Assembly (NCBI GenBank): GCA_031416315.1
Contig: JANOTL010000146.1
Coordinates: 34,077-98,076, forward strand
Length of the DNA stretch: 64,000 nucleotides
Source of the DNA: Pseudomonadota bacterium
GTDB lineage: Bacteria > Bdellovibrionota_B > Oligoflexia > Oligoflexales > CAIYRB01
Reading direction: 5' to 3'
Shown: positions 55,723 through 64,000 of the stretch, piece after piece
Layout: each line of letters opens with the position of its first letter
How positions within the stretch are numbered: position 1 is the first letter of the stretch
The notes under the pieces: model-generated
Databases searched by the model: none
The model's input: the letters and a program-made list of their open reading frames with translations, nothing else
What the model was told of the DNA's origin: nothing
Made by a program: the position numbers and the translations under genes

Positions 55723-56103
55723 ATGGGCCTTTTCTCTTTTCCGAAAACGGCGCGCCTTCGCAATCCCGCCGAGTTCAAAAAAACCCTCGATAACGGCAAC
55801 AAAGCCGTCAACCGCCACATGATCGTGTTCGCCTTCCCGCGCGCGGAGGAGCCGAAGTCCGGGCCCGTCAAGCCGATGCGCATGGGGCTCATCGTCTCGC
55901 GCAAGGTCGGCAACTCGGTCGAGCGCAATCGCGTGAAGCGCGCGTTGCGCGAAGGCTTCCGCCATCTCCAGGCCGATCCCGAGGTCGCCGCGAAAGCCGG
56001 CAAGCTCGACATCGTCGTCATCGCCCGGCCGTCCACGGTCCAAGCCTCGAGCGCCGAGATCGTCGGCTCCTTGCGCCACGGCCTAGGACGCCTGAACCGA
56101 TGA
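55723..56103 (+). CDS. rnpA: Ribonuclease P protein component
   Basis: FPKTARLR...EF; RMGLIVSRKVGNSVERNRVKRALRE. Confidence 0.96.
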   Translation: MGLFSFPKTARLRNPAEFKKTLDNGNKAVNRHMIVFAFPRAEEPKSGPVKPMRMGLIVSRKVGNSVERNRVKRALREGFRHLQADPEVAAKAGKLDIVVIARPSTVQASSAEIVGSLRHGLGRLNR

Positions 56104-56315
56104 GCCAGACCGCTCGTGTCCTCAGCGCTGCGCTCACCGTCTATCAAAAGACGCTGTCGCTCGCGCTAGGGCCGCGCTGTCGGTTCTATCCGAGCTGCTC
56201 CCAGTACGCGAAAGAGTGTCTTGCGAAGTATTCGCTACCCGATGCCGGCCTTCGCACCGTGCGTCGTCTGGCGCGCTGCCATCCGTTTCACCCCGGGGGA
56301 ATCGACCTACCGTGA
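56100..56315 (+). CDS. yidD: Membrane protein insertion efficiency factor YidD
   Basis: CRFYPSCSQYA...RCHPFHPGG.D.P. Confidence 0.95.
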   Translation: MSQTARVLSAALTVYQKTLSLALGPRCRFYPSCSQYAKECLAKYSLPDAGLRTVRRLARCHPFHPGGIDLP

Positions 56316-57964
56316 ATTTCGACAGCAAGTCCGTCGCCGCCATCGTCCTCTGCCTCGCCTTCTACTTGGCGTATTCGCACTACCTGAGCACCAAATATCC
56401 GAACAAGGACGCGCAGACCGCGGGTGAGCAGCAAACCCCAGCCGGCGTGACCCCGCCCGGAACGACGCCGGCCAGCGCGATTCCGCCGGCTCTGGGCACC
56501 CCGGCCGCCGCGCTCGCCGAGGCGCAAGCCGCCCTGCCGAAGCTCGCGGCCGAAGACCTGGTCGTCGAGACCGACACCAACATCTACAAGTTCGACGCGG
56601 AGATCGGCGGCCTCACCGCGGTCTCCCTCAAAGGCTACCAGACGGAGAAGGTCGTCGGCGCGCCGCCGATCAACCTCCTTCAGGAGCCGCTCGTCCTCCA
56701 GGGAACGATCGATCCCAAGCAGACCGCGCCCGTCCGCGGCGTCTTCGGCGCCGAGCGCACCGGCCGCACCGTCCGCTTCACGCGCCTGACCCCGACCTTC
56801 AAGATCGCGCAGGAATACACGATCCCGGACAAGGGCTACGCCGCCAAGCTCAAGGTGATGTTCACCAACGTCACCGGCGGCCCGCTCGAGCTGCCCGCCG
56901 GCGGCCTCCTCACGCGCCAGAAGATCACCTTCCGCAAGGCGCAGAGCTTCGGCTTCATCCCGGGCACCGTCGTCGAGCGCGACCAGCTGGTCCGCTACGA
57001 CGGCGCAAACAACCTGCAGCTCAACGACCTCCAAACTTACTGCGCCGAGCCCGAGGCCATCCGCGGGCAGAACCTCGCGCTCGACTTCATCGGCTTCGAC
57101 AAGCACTACTTCCTCGACGTGCTCCTGCCCAAGGCGAAGAAGCTCTCGCTCGACGTCAGCGTCGTCGAGTACAGCGAAGCGCACTGCGCGCTCGCGTTCA
57201 CGCTGTTCGACAGCTTCGGCATGGTCGCGGCGAACGAGACCGTGGCGCTCGACTTCGACACCTACTTCGGCCCGAAGGACTTGGAGATCCTGAAGGCCAT
57301 CGATCCGAAGCTCGAGGAATCGCTCGACCTCGGCATGTTCGCATTCATCGCGCGGCCCTTGCTCGCCGTGATCGAAGGCTTCAAGAAGCTCACGGGCAAC
57401 TACGGCATCGCGATCATCCTGCTCACGATCGCGCTGAAGATCCTGTTCTACCCGCTGATGCGCGCATCCGCGGTGTCGATGCACAAGATGAAGAAGCTGA
57501 ACCCCGAGATGACCGCCATCCGGGAGAAGTTCAAGGACGACAAGGCGAAACAGCAGCAAGAGCTGATGAAGTTCATGGGCGCGAACAAGATCAACCCGAT
57601 GAAGGGCTGCTTGCCGATCCTGCCCCAGATCCCGGTCTTCTTTGCGTACTACACCGTGTTGCAGACCTCGATCCATCTCCGCCACGCGCCGTTTTTCGGC
57701 TGGATCGACGACCTCGCGGCGATGGATCCGTACTTCATCACGCCGCTGCTCATGGGCGTCGCGATGTTCGTCCAACAGAAGTTGACCCCGACTACCGGAA
57801 TGGATAAGACTCAAGAGAAAATTTTACTGTTCATGCCAATTATGTTTACGTTCATGATGCTGACGCTGCCTGCAGGGCTCACGCTATACATGCTGACGAA
57901 CACCGTCGTCGGCATCCTGCAACAGCGCTGGCTGTACCATAAGCTCGACAAACTCAACGCCTAG
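56312..57964 (+). CDS. yidC: Membrane protein insertase YidC
   Basis: GTG 56312; GNYGIAIILLT, NPMKGCLPILPQIPVF, WI.DL...DP and PAGLTLY. Confidence 0.96.
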   Translation: MNFDSKSVAAIVLCLAFYLAYSHYLSTKYPNKDAQTAGEQQTPAGVTPPGTTPASAIPPALGTPAAALAEAQAALPKLAAEDLVVETDTNIYKFDAEIGGLTAVSLKGYQTEKVVGAPPINLLQEPLVLQGTIDPKQTAPVRGVFGAERTGRTVRFTRLTPTFKIAQEYTIPDKGYAAKLKVMFTNVTGGPLELPAGGLLTRQKITFRKAQSFGFIPGTVVERDQLVRYDGANNLQLNDLQTYCAEPEAIRGQNLALDFIGFDKHYFLDVLLPKAKKLSLDVSVVEYSEAHCALAFTLFDSFGMVAANETVALDFDTYFGPKDLEILKAIDPKLEESLDLGMFAFIARPLLAVIEGFKKLTGNYGIAIILLTIALKILFYPLMRASAVSMHKMKKLNPEMTAIREKFKDDKAKQQQELMKFMGANKINPMKGCLPILPQIPVFFAYYTVLQTSIHLRHAPFFGWIDDLAAMDPYFITPLLMGVAMFVQQKLTPTTGMDKTQEKILLFMPIMFTFMMLTLPAGLTLYMLTNTVVGILQQRWLYHKLDKLNA

Positions 57965-57976
57965 GAGACCTGAGGC

Positions 57977-58858
57977 ATGAGCGTCCCGTCAAAGTCCACC
58001 ACGCGCACCGGCGCGGTGAAGATCGAAGCTCGGTCCCTCGAGCAAGCCCTCGTCAAAGCCGCCGGCTCGCTCGGCGTCAACCAGGACGAGATCGAGTACG
58101 AGATCCTGAAAGAAGACACCTCCAAGGGACTCTTCTCCTTCTTCAAGAATCCGGTCGTCGAGATCTCCGCTTGGGCCAAGACCAAGCGCTCGGCGGAGCC
58201 CCGCCGCCAGCAGCAGCATCAGCCCCAGCAGCGGCAATCCGCGCCCGCCCCCGTCGCGAAAGTCGCCAAGGGCGACTGCTGTCCCCACGACGAGGACGAG
58301 GACGGCGTCACCGGCGAGAAGGCGGAGCCCCTCTCCCCGGAGAAGATGGAAGCCCTCGAGGCGGAGCTCCGCGACTTCTGCTCCGGCATCGTCAGCCGCA
58401 TCGCAGGCGAGAAAGTCGAGGTCACCTCGATCGTCAACGACGGCCGCTTGATCCTCGACGTCCACAGCGACTATATCGCCCAGCAAATCACGAAGAACAG
58501 CAAGCTGGCCGAGGCGATGGAGCACATCCTCCGCAAGAAGCCGCGCCACCTCCGCCAGGAGCTGCCGTTCCGCATCTTCGTCGACGTCTCCGGCCTGCGC
58601 CGGAAGCGCGAGGAGGACCTCGTCCAGATGGCGCACGATCTCTCGGCGAAGGTCCACGAGAACAAGCGCCCGATCGTCCTCAACTACAAGAGCTCGTACG
58701 ACCGCAAGATCATCCATATGGCCTTGGACAAGGACGAGCGCGTCTACACCAAGTCGATCGGCTCCGGCCCCAACCGGAAGTTGATGATCCTGCCGAACAA
58801 GAGCGACATGGCGGCCGCGGCCGGCCATGACGAGATCCCCGAGCAGGTCGAGCCGTAA
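57977..58858 (+). CDS. jag: Jag/KhpB (EloR) RNA-binding protein
   Basis: Jag_N (SLEQAL..A...LG...EIEYEIL...KGLF); R3H motif SYDRKIIHMAL; position between yidC and mnmE. Confidence 0.9.
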   Translation: MSVPSKSTTRTGAVKIEARSLEQALVKAAGSLGVNQDEIEYEILKEDTSKGLFSFFKNPVVEISAWAKTKRSAEPRRQQQHQPQQRQSAPAPVAKVAKGDCCPHDEDEDGVTGEKAEPLSPEKMEALEAELRDFCSGIVSRIAGEKVEVTSIVNDGRLILDVHSDYIAQQITKNSKLAEAMEHILRKKPRHLRQELPFRIFVDVSGLRRKREEDLVQMAHDLSAKVHENKRPIVLNYKSSYDRKIIHMALDKDERVYTKSIGSGPNRKLMILPNKSDMAAAAGHDEIPEQVEP

Positions 58859-58863
58859 AGGAC

Positions 58864-60243
58864 ATGGAAGAGCCCCTCTCGAGCCGCGACCAGGAGCCCA
58901 TCGCGGCTCTTGCGAGCGGCTCGGGTGCTTCTGCCATCGCTCTGCTCCGCATGTCCGGGGACGGCTGCCACGAGCTGGCGATGCAGGTCCTGCCTCGAGC
59001 GGCGAACGCCGCGATGCGACGCGCGATCTACACGACTCTGATCGACCCGGACTCCCGTGTCGTCCTCGACGACGTCGTCGCCACCTTCTATGCCGGCCCG
59101 CACTCCTTTACCGGCCAGGACAGCGTCGAGATCGCCTGCCACGGCGGCCCCTACGTCGTCCGCCGCGCGCTCCAGGCCCTATACGCCGCCGGCGCGCGGC
59201 CCGCCGAGCCCGGCGAGTTCACCCGCCGCGCTTTCCTCAACGGCAAGCTCGACCTCACCGCCGCCGAAGGCATCCGCGCCTTGGTCGGCGCCACATCCGA
59301 ACAGGAGTGGGTGGCCGCCCGCCATCTCGCCACGGGCAAGCTCAAGGACTCGATCGATTCCCTACGGCGCGAGCTCGTCGAAAGCATGGCCTACCTCGAG
59401 GCCCAGATCGATTTTCCGGACGAAGGCGACACCGCGCGTCTCCACCTCGAGCTGGTCCGTACCCGTGTCGACAAGGTTCGAAGTCGCATCGGCCGCCTCC
59501 GGGCCAGCTACGACGACGGCCGCGTCGCCAGCCGCGGCTTGGCCGTCGCCCTCTTCGGCGCGCCGAACGCGGGGAAATCGACGCTGATGAACGACCTCCT
59601 CGGCCGAGATCGCGCCATCGTGTCCGCCATCGCCGGCACCACGCGCGACTATCTGGAGGAGCCCTGCCTCATCGAAGGCCGCCTCTTGCGCTTGATCGAT
59701 CTCGCCGGCGCCCGCGACAGCCAGGACCCGATCGAGCGCTTGGGCGTCGAAAGCGCTTTCCGCCTGGCCCGCGAAGCCGACCTCGTCCTCTTCCTCGTCG
59801 GCGCCGATCACCCGCGTGATCCTGCCGTCGAGCTCCTCAACTGGGAGACGAAGCTCACGCCGCGCGCGGCGCTGAAAGTCCTGACCAAGGCCGATCTCGG
59901 GATTCCGGTCTGGGCCGAGGGCGACGACTGGATCAAGATCTCGTGCCGGGCCAACGTCGGATCGCGCCTTCTGAAGCAAAGGCTCGCGGCGGCGGTGGAC
60001 GCGCACGTCAGCGCGCTCACCTCTGAAGAGAGCTTCGTCACGGCGGCGCGCCATGCGCACGCCCTCGACGACGCGCTACGTTCCATCGACCAGTTCTTCA
60101 ACGCGGTGGCGCGCGGCGCCTACGAGGAAATGCTCGCCTTCGAGCTGCAACAGGCAGCGCGGTCCCTCGAACAGCTCGTCGGCAAGGTCGACCACGAGGA
60201 CGTGCTCGACAAGATCTTCAGCGAGTTTTGCATCGGCAAGTGA
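58864..60243 (+). CDS. mnmE: tRNA modification GTPase MnmE
   Basis: SFTGQD.VEI.CHGG, PGEFTRRAFLNGKLDL, GAPNAGKSTL, GTTRD and C-terminal FCIGK. Confidence 0.97.
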   Translation: MEEPLSSRDQEPIAALASGSGASAIALLRMSGDGCHELAMQVLPRAANAAMRRAIYTTLIDPDSRVVLDDVVATFYAGPHSFTGQDSVEIACHGGPYVVRRALQALYAAGARPAEPGEFTRRAFLNGKLDLTAAEGIRALVGATSEQEWVAARHLATGKLKDSIDSLRRELVESMAYLEAQIDFPDEGDTARLHLELVRTRVDKVRSRIGRLRASYDDGRVASRGLAVALFGAPNAGKSTLMNDLLGRDRAIVSAIAGTTRDYLEEPCLIEGRLLRLIDLAGARDSQDPIERLGVESAFRLAREADLVLFLVGADHPRDPAVELLNWETKLTPRAALKVLTKADLGIPVWAEGDDWIKISCRANVGSRLLKQRLAAAVDAHVSALTSEESFVTAARHAHALDDALRSIDQFFNAVARGAYEEMLAFELQQAARSLEQLVGKVDHEDVLDKIFSEFCIGK

Positions 60244-60249
60244 AGGCGC

Positions 60250-61263
60250 TCACGCGCTCGCGGAAGCCATCGTGCGCGCCTGAGAATAACGCGCGTGCAA
60301 GAGCCAGTGGCGGTTCGCCGCGTCCTGGAGGTAGGCCATGGCGAACGGCGGGAAAATGCCGAAGAGGCAGGCTACGCCTGGCGACACCGTCCCATACCGA
60401 TTCTGGTCTTCCATGCCCCGCATCGCCGACGCGAGCTTGTAGATGGCGAAGATGTGAACGAGCGGAATCGCCGCGAGCACGGCGAGGCCGATGCTCTTCG
60501 CGTGCTCGTTCTTCGCGTGCCAGCTGATCTCGCGATTCATCGCGGCGACCCACACCACCCAGTAGACGAAGAGCGACAAGGGCGCGCCGACGAAAGCCGT
60601 GACCCACGGGTTACGGATTTTCCCGAGGCGCAGGCGTTTTTGCTGCAGGAAGTACTCCTGCATCGTCTGCTGCATCGCTTTCGCTTCGGGGTTGATCGCG
60701 ACCTTTGCCGCTTTCGGCGTCGCCTTGGCTTTGGCGACTTCGGTCGTGCCGGTGTCGAGGCGGCGCGAGGGCTTGGTGGCGGGGAGGGCACGCGGCTCGG
60801 CCTTGGTCTGGACCAGCTTCGCGGTGACCCGGGGCTTGACGGAGACGTTCGGTGCCGGCGATTCCTGAGCCGGGGCCTTGGCCTGCGCCTTCGGTGGCAA
60901 AGCCGGACGCGCGTCGACGGCGGGCTCGAGCGCTGGGGTCGGCTCACCCGTGGACGGCCCGACGGCGGATGCCAACGGCGTCGCTGCGGCGGCGTCTGCC
61001 TTGAAACGCGCCAGCTGCGCTTCCATCACGCTCTGCTCGCTCGACATCTTGCGGCCAAGCGACTCGGTCATGCGGAAGATCTCGGATAGATCCTTCAACG
61101 CGTACCACTGGCTGAAACCCTTGCGGCTCACCAGGCGCGGCTTGCCTTCGCTGGTCTCGGCCCCAAGGCTGAAGGCGTCCGGCGCGCTGTACGGCCCGTC
61201 GACCTTCCCGTTCTCGTAGATATACCAGCCGCCGGGCCAACCTGTTTCAGGGGTTTCCGACAC
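60250..61263 (-). CDS. GYF-like N-terminal domain, Pro/Ala/Lys linker and DUF4234-like TM region
   Basis: GAGGAG RBS before GTG 61263; WYIYENGKVDGPYS...LVSRKGFSQW; RNPWV...YWVVW....NREI TM segment. Confidence 0.7.
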   Translation of the reverse strand: MSETPETGWPGGWYIYENGKVDGPYSAPDAFSLGAETSEGKPRLVSRKGFSQWYALKDLSEIFRMTESLGRKMSSEQSVMEAQLARFKADAAAATPLASAVGPSTGEPTPALEPAVDARPALPPKAQAKAPAQESPAPNVSVKPRVTAKLVQTKAEPRALPATKPSRRLDTGTTEVAKAKATPKAAKVAINPEAKAMQQTMQEYFLQQKRLRLGKIRNPWVTAFVGAPLSLFVYWVVWVAAMNREISWHAKNEHAKSIGLAVLAAIPLVHIFAIYKLASAMRGMEDQNRYGTVSPGVACLFGIFPPFAMAYLQDAANRHWLLHARYSQARTMASASA

Positions 61264-61374
61264 GGGGTCTCCTCGGCTCATCGAGTTCTGCTGTTCCTTC
61301 ATCATACCACCCCGAGGTCCCGCGCGCTTTTCCAACATGATTCCAGTATGATTTAGGGGATGGGAGGGCCCGGC

Positions 61375-62922
61375 ATGAACCTCAAAAGCTTCTCCGAGCA
61401 AGTGGCCCAACGCCAGTTTCCGATCGCCTGGCCGGGCCAATTCAGCGACGGCAAGTTCCTGCCCGTGCGCCGTGGTCCGGTCGCCAAGGTCTCGCTCAAC
61501 CCGAACGACGGGACGAAGCTGATCGAGGTCATGGGCGACAAGGACGGCGTCAACGCGGTGATCGACGCCAGCCTGAAGGCCCGCAAGTCCTGCGCCGAGC
61601 GCCCGATCGAGCAGCGCCTCGACCTCCTGAAGCGCTTCCGCCAGACCTTAGGCGACTACCAGAAGACGGCCGTCGACCTCTTGCGGATCGAAGGCGGCAA
61701 GCCGCTGTGGGAGGCGCAAAGCGACCTCGACGCGGCGTTGCGCTACTTGGATTGGGTCGCGGGTCAGGGTCCAGATCTGATCGAGCGGCTCCTGGCGCCC
61801 GCGCAGCTCGGCGAGCAGCGCGGCGAGTTCCGGATGCTGCCGATCGGCGTCACGACCGCCTACCTGCCCTTCTCGACGCCGGTGACCAGCTTCGCCTTCT
61901 ACTTCGCCGCGACGATGATCGCGGGCTGCCCGTTGATCGTGAACTCTTCCTCGCACGCGGCGCTCACGAGCCTCTTGATCGCATACGTCGCCCAAGAGTT
62001 GGATCTGCCGCCTGGGACACTTGCCGTCGTCTTCGGCAACTTCGCCAGCTTCAAGCAGATCTTCACCGACAAGCGCGTCGCAGCCGTGCTCTACACCGGG
62101 TCGCGCGAGCACTGCGATACGATCCGTCTCGAGTCGCGCGCGCATCTTGGACGCCAGGCGGTGCTGCAATCAGGCGGTAAGAATGCCGTCATCGTGCATT
62201 CGTCGGCCGACCTCGAGCACGCGGTGCGCTGCGTGATCTACGGCGCTTTGAAATCGGGCGGGCAGCGCTGCACCTCGACGAGCCGCGTCTTCGTGTATCG
62301 CTCGCAGCTCCCGGCTTTCCAGGAGCGCCTCGCCGAGGCATTCAAGAGCGTGCGCATCGGCCGCACCGATCTTTTCGACGAAAATCCGGCGCAGGCGCCC
62401 TTCATGGGGCCGCTCTACTCCGACAAAGCCGTCGAGAAGTTCCTCCGCTTCCAGACGATGGCCGGCCGCGAGTCGGAGAAGACCCTTCTTTGGGGCAAGG
62501 CGATCGAGAATCTCGCGGGCAACTTCGTCACGCCCGGCTTGCACTACGTCGGCAAGTTCGACAACTCTTCCGCCTATCAAGGCAACGTCCTCTTCTCCCC
62601 CGACGTCGCGATCTACGACTACGATGTCCTGGATACGGCGATCGAGCAGATCAACACGACCGACGCGGCCTTCGCCGTCTCCTTCATCGGCGACCCCGAC
62701 GTCCTCCGCGACCGCCGCCATCTTTTCCTGGCACCGAATCTGCTCGTGAACCAGCCGACGGTCGAAATGGACACGACCTTGCCGCTGGCCGGCCGCCTTC
62801 AGAGCGGGCATCACCGCTATCACGGCCCGGGGATCGCGCTTTACCTCTGTTATCCGCAGGTCATGGCCTTGGGCGGCGACAACGAGGCGAAGATCAGGAG
62901 CTGGCCTTGGCCCTTGGCCTGA
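61375..62922 (+). CDS. Aldehyde dehydrogenase family protein with degenerate motifs
   Basis: EGGKP, YTGS, GGKNA, SGGQRCTS and MGPL; the catalytic Glu position reads Q. Confidence 0.85.
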   Translation: MNLKSFSEQVAQRQFPIAWPGQFSDGKFLPVRRGPVAKVSLNPNDGTKLIEVMGDKDGVNAVIDASLKARKSCAERPIEQRLDLLKRFRQTLGDYQKTAVDLLRIEGGKPLWEAQSDLDAALRYLDWVAGQGPDLIERLLAPAQLGEQRGEFRMLPIGVTTAYLPFSTPVTSFAFYFAATMIAGCPLIVNSSSHAALTSLLIAYVAQELDLPPGTLAVVFGNFASFKQIFTDKRVAAVLYTGSREHCDTIRLESRAHLGRQAVLQSGGKNAVIVHSSADLEHAVRCVIYGALKSGGQRCTSTSRVFVYRSQLPAFQERLAEAFKSVRIGRTDLFDENPAQAPFMGPLYSDKAVEKFLRFQTMAGRESEKTLLWGKAIENLAGNFVTPGLHYVGKFDNSSAYQGNVLFSPDVAIYDYDVLDTAIEQINTTDAAFAVSFIGDPDVLRDRRHLFLAPNLLVNQPTVEMDTTLPLAGRLQSGHHRYHGPGIALYLCYPQVMALGGDNEAKIRSWPWPLA

Positions 62923-62964
62923 AGGTACTCTGAGGGGCGTTTTCGACCCCTTCCGGAGTACGCC

Positions 62965-64000
62965 ATGTCCAACACCGATGCCATCCGCGAGCGCGCGCGC
63001 TACTGGGCGACCGCTCCCGTTTTCGACGACAAGACCCGCAAAGAGATCGCGACCCTCCTCGAGAAGGGCGACGACAAAGAGCTGACCGAGCGCTTCTACC
63101 GCGACCTCGAGTTCGGCACCGGCGGCATGCGCGGCATCCTGGGCGCCGGCACCAACCGCATGAACATCTACAACGTGCGCAAGGCGAGTCACGCGCTCGC
63201 GACGCACATGAAGGCCTCGTTCTCCGGCAAGGAACTGAAGGTCGCCCTGTCCCATGACTCCCGTCGCTTCTCGCGCGAGTTCACGAAGGCCGCGGCCGAG
63301 GTGTTCGCCGGCAACGGCATCAAGGCTCTGATCACCAAAGAGCTGCGACCCGTGCCGATGCTTTCCTTCATGGTTCGCCAGTTCGGCTGCCAAGCCGGCG
63401 TGTGCGTCACGGCGAGCCACAATCCGCCGGACTACAACGGTTTCAAGGTTTACTGGGAAACCGGCGGCCAGCTCGTGCCGCCGCACGACCAAGCGATCAT
63501 CGATCTCTATCTCGGCTCGAAGAGCTACGACACGATTCCGACCGTAGCCTACGCGGAAGCCCAGAAAAAGGGCCTGGTCCTGGAGATCGGCGAAGATCTC
63601 GACGAAGCCTACTTCGCCCGCGTGAAGGCGTTGTCCATGGACTCGCGCGGCCGCGAGGGCTTCAAGATCGTCTACACGCCGCTTCACGGCGCCGGCCTTT
63701 ATCCGGTCGAGGAGATGCTGAAACGCTTCGGCTTCACCGACGTGACCGTCGTGCCGCAGCAGCGCGAGCCGAACGGCGAGTTCCCGACGGTGAAATCGCC
63801 GAACCCGGAGGATCCGGCGGCGATGGACATGGCGCGAGACCTGGCGAAAAAGCTCGGCGCCGACCTCATCCTCGCGACTGACCCGGACTGCGACCGGATC
63901 GGCATGGAGATCCGCGTCGGCGACGAGTACTTCCGCCCGAACGGCAACCAGATCGGCTGCCTCCTCAACGAGTACGTCCTCGCGTCGCGCAAGGCGAAGG
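62965..64000 (+). CDS. pgm: Phosphoglucomutase/phosphomannomutase; runs off the window
   Basis: Manual translation: MSNTDAIR...LEFGTGGMRG..GAGTNRMN...TASHNP..YNGFKVY...DPDCDR. Confidence 0.93.
   Translation, partial: MSNTDAIRERARYWATAPVFDDKTRKEIATLLEKGDDKELTERFYRDLEFGTGGMRGILGAGTNRMNIYNVRKASHALATHMKASFSGKELKVALSHDSRRFSREFTKAAAEVFAGNGIKALITKELRPVPMLSFMVRQFGCQAGVCVTASHNPPDYNGFKVYWETGGQLVPPHDQAIIDLYLGSKSYDTIPTVAYAEAQKKGLVLEIGEDLDEAYFARVKALSMDSRGREGFKIVYTPLHGAGLYPVEEMLKRFGFTDVTVVPQQREPNGEFPTVKSPNPEDPAAMDMARDLAKKLGADLILATDPDCDRIGMEIRVGDEYFRPNGNQIGCLLNEYVLASRKAK

Noticed and set aside
176..63992. Many long alternative-frame or antisense ORFs (e.g. 16457-18919 +, 24024-26039 +, 33049-35346 -, 41846-43453 +, 62170-63687 -)
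   Set aside because: They shadow well-supported genes; their Arg/Gly/Val-rich composition is the expected artefact of high GC3 codon bias.

Overview
GC-rich (by eye roughly two-thirds G+C), densely coding bacterial chromosome segment. Gene content and style (many secreted or lipoprotein hypotheticals, sigma54 motifs, Myxococcota/Bdellovibrionota-like HEAT, GYF and REC-TPR proteins) suggest a deltaproteobacteria-like organism, possibly Oligoflexia/Bdellovibrionota; this is inference only. Housekeeping blocks: waaF-like/waaA/rng, fliK-flgD, rplU-rpmA-obgE-nadD-rsfS-rlmH, mutS, dksA, ftsB-like, glmU-glmS-pcrA, alr-hslO, rpmH-rnpA-yidD-yidC-jag-mnmE and pgm. They are interleaved with uncharacterised envelope genes. 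I saw no rRNA, tRNA, CRISPR array, transposase, integrase or phage gene. Best candidates for new biology: (i) a tightly coupled envelope operon (SH3 lipoprotein, small beta-sandwich lipoprotein, 1009-aa PEGA/TPR lipoprotein, TolB-like propeller, peptide-binding protein); (ii) a triple Kazal-like lipoprotein next to a HEXXH metallopeptidase lipoprotein, where flgE would normally follow flgD; (iii) helically phased TTCTA repeats and a 4-repeat secreted protein where dnaA usually sits opposite rpmH; (iv) a structured, terminated non-coding region after mop; (v) several degenerate or truncated enzymes (GlmU, ALDH, DksA, pseudo-receivers). All family calls come from motif recognition by eye; no database searches were run.
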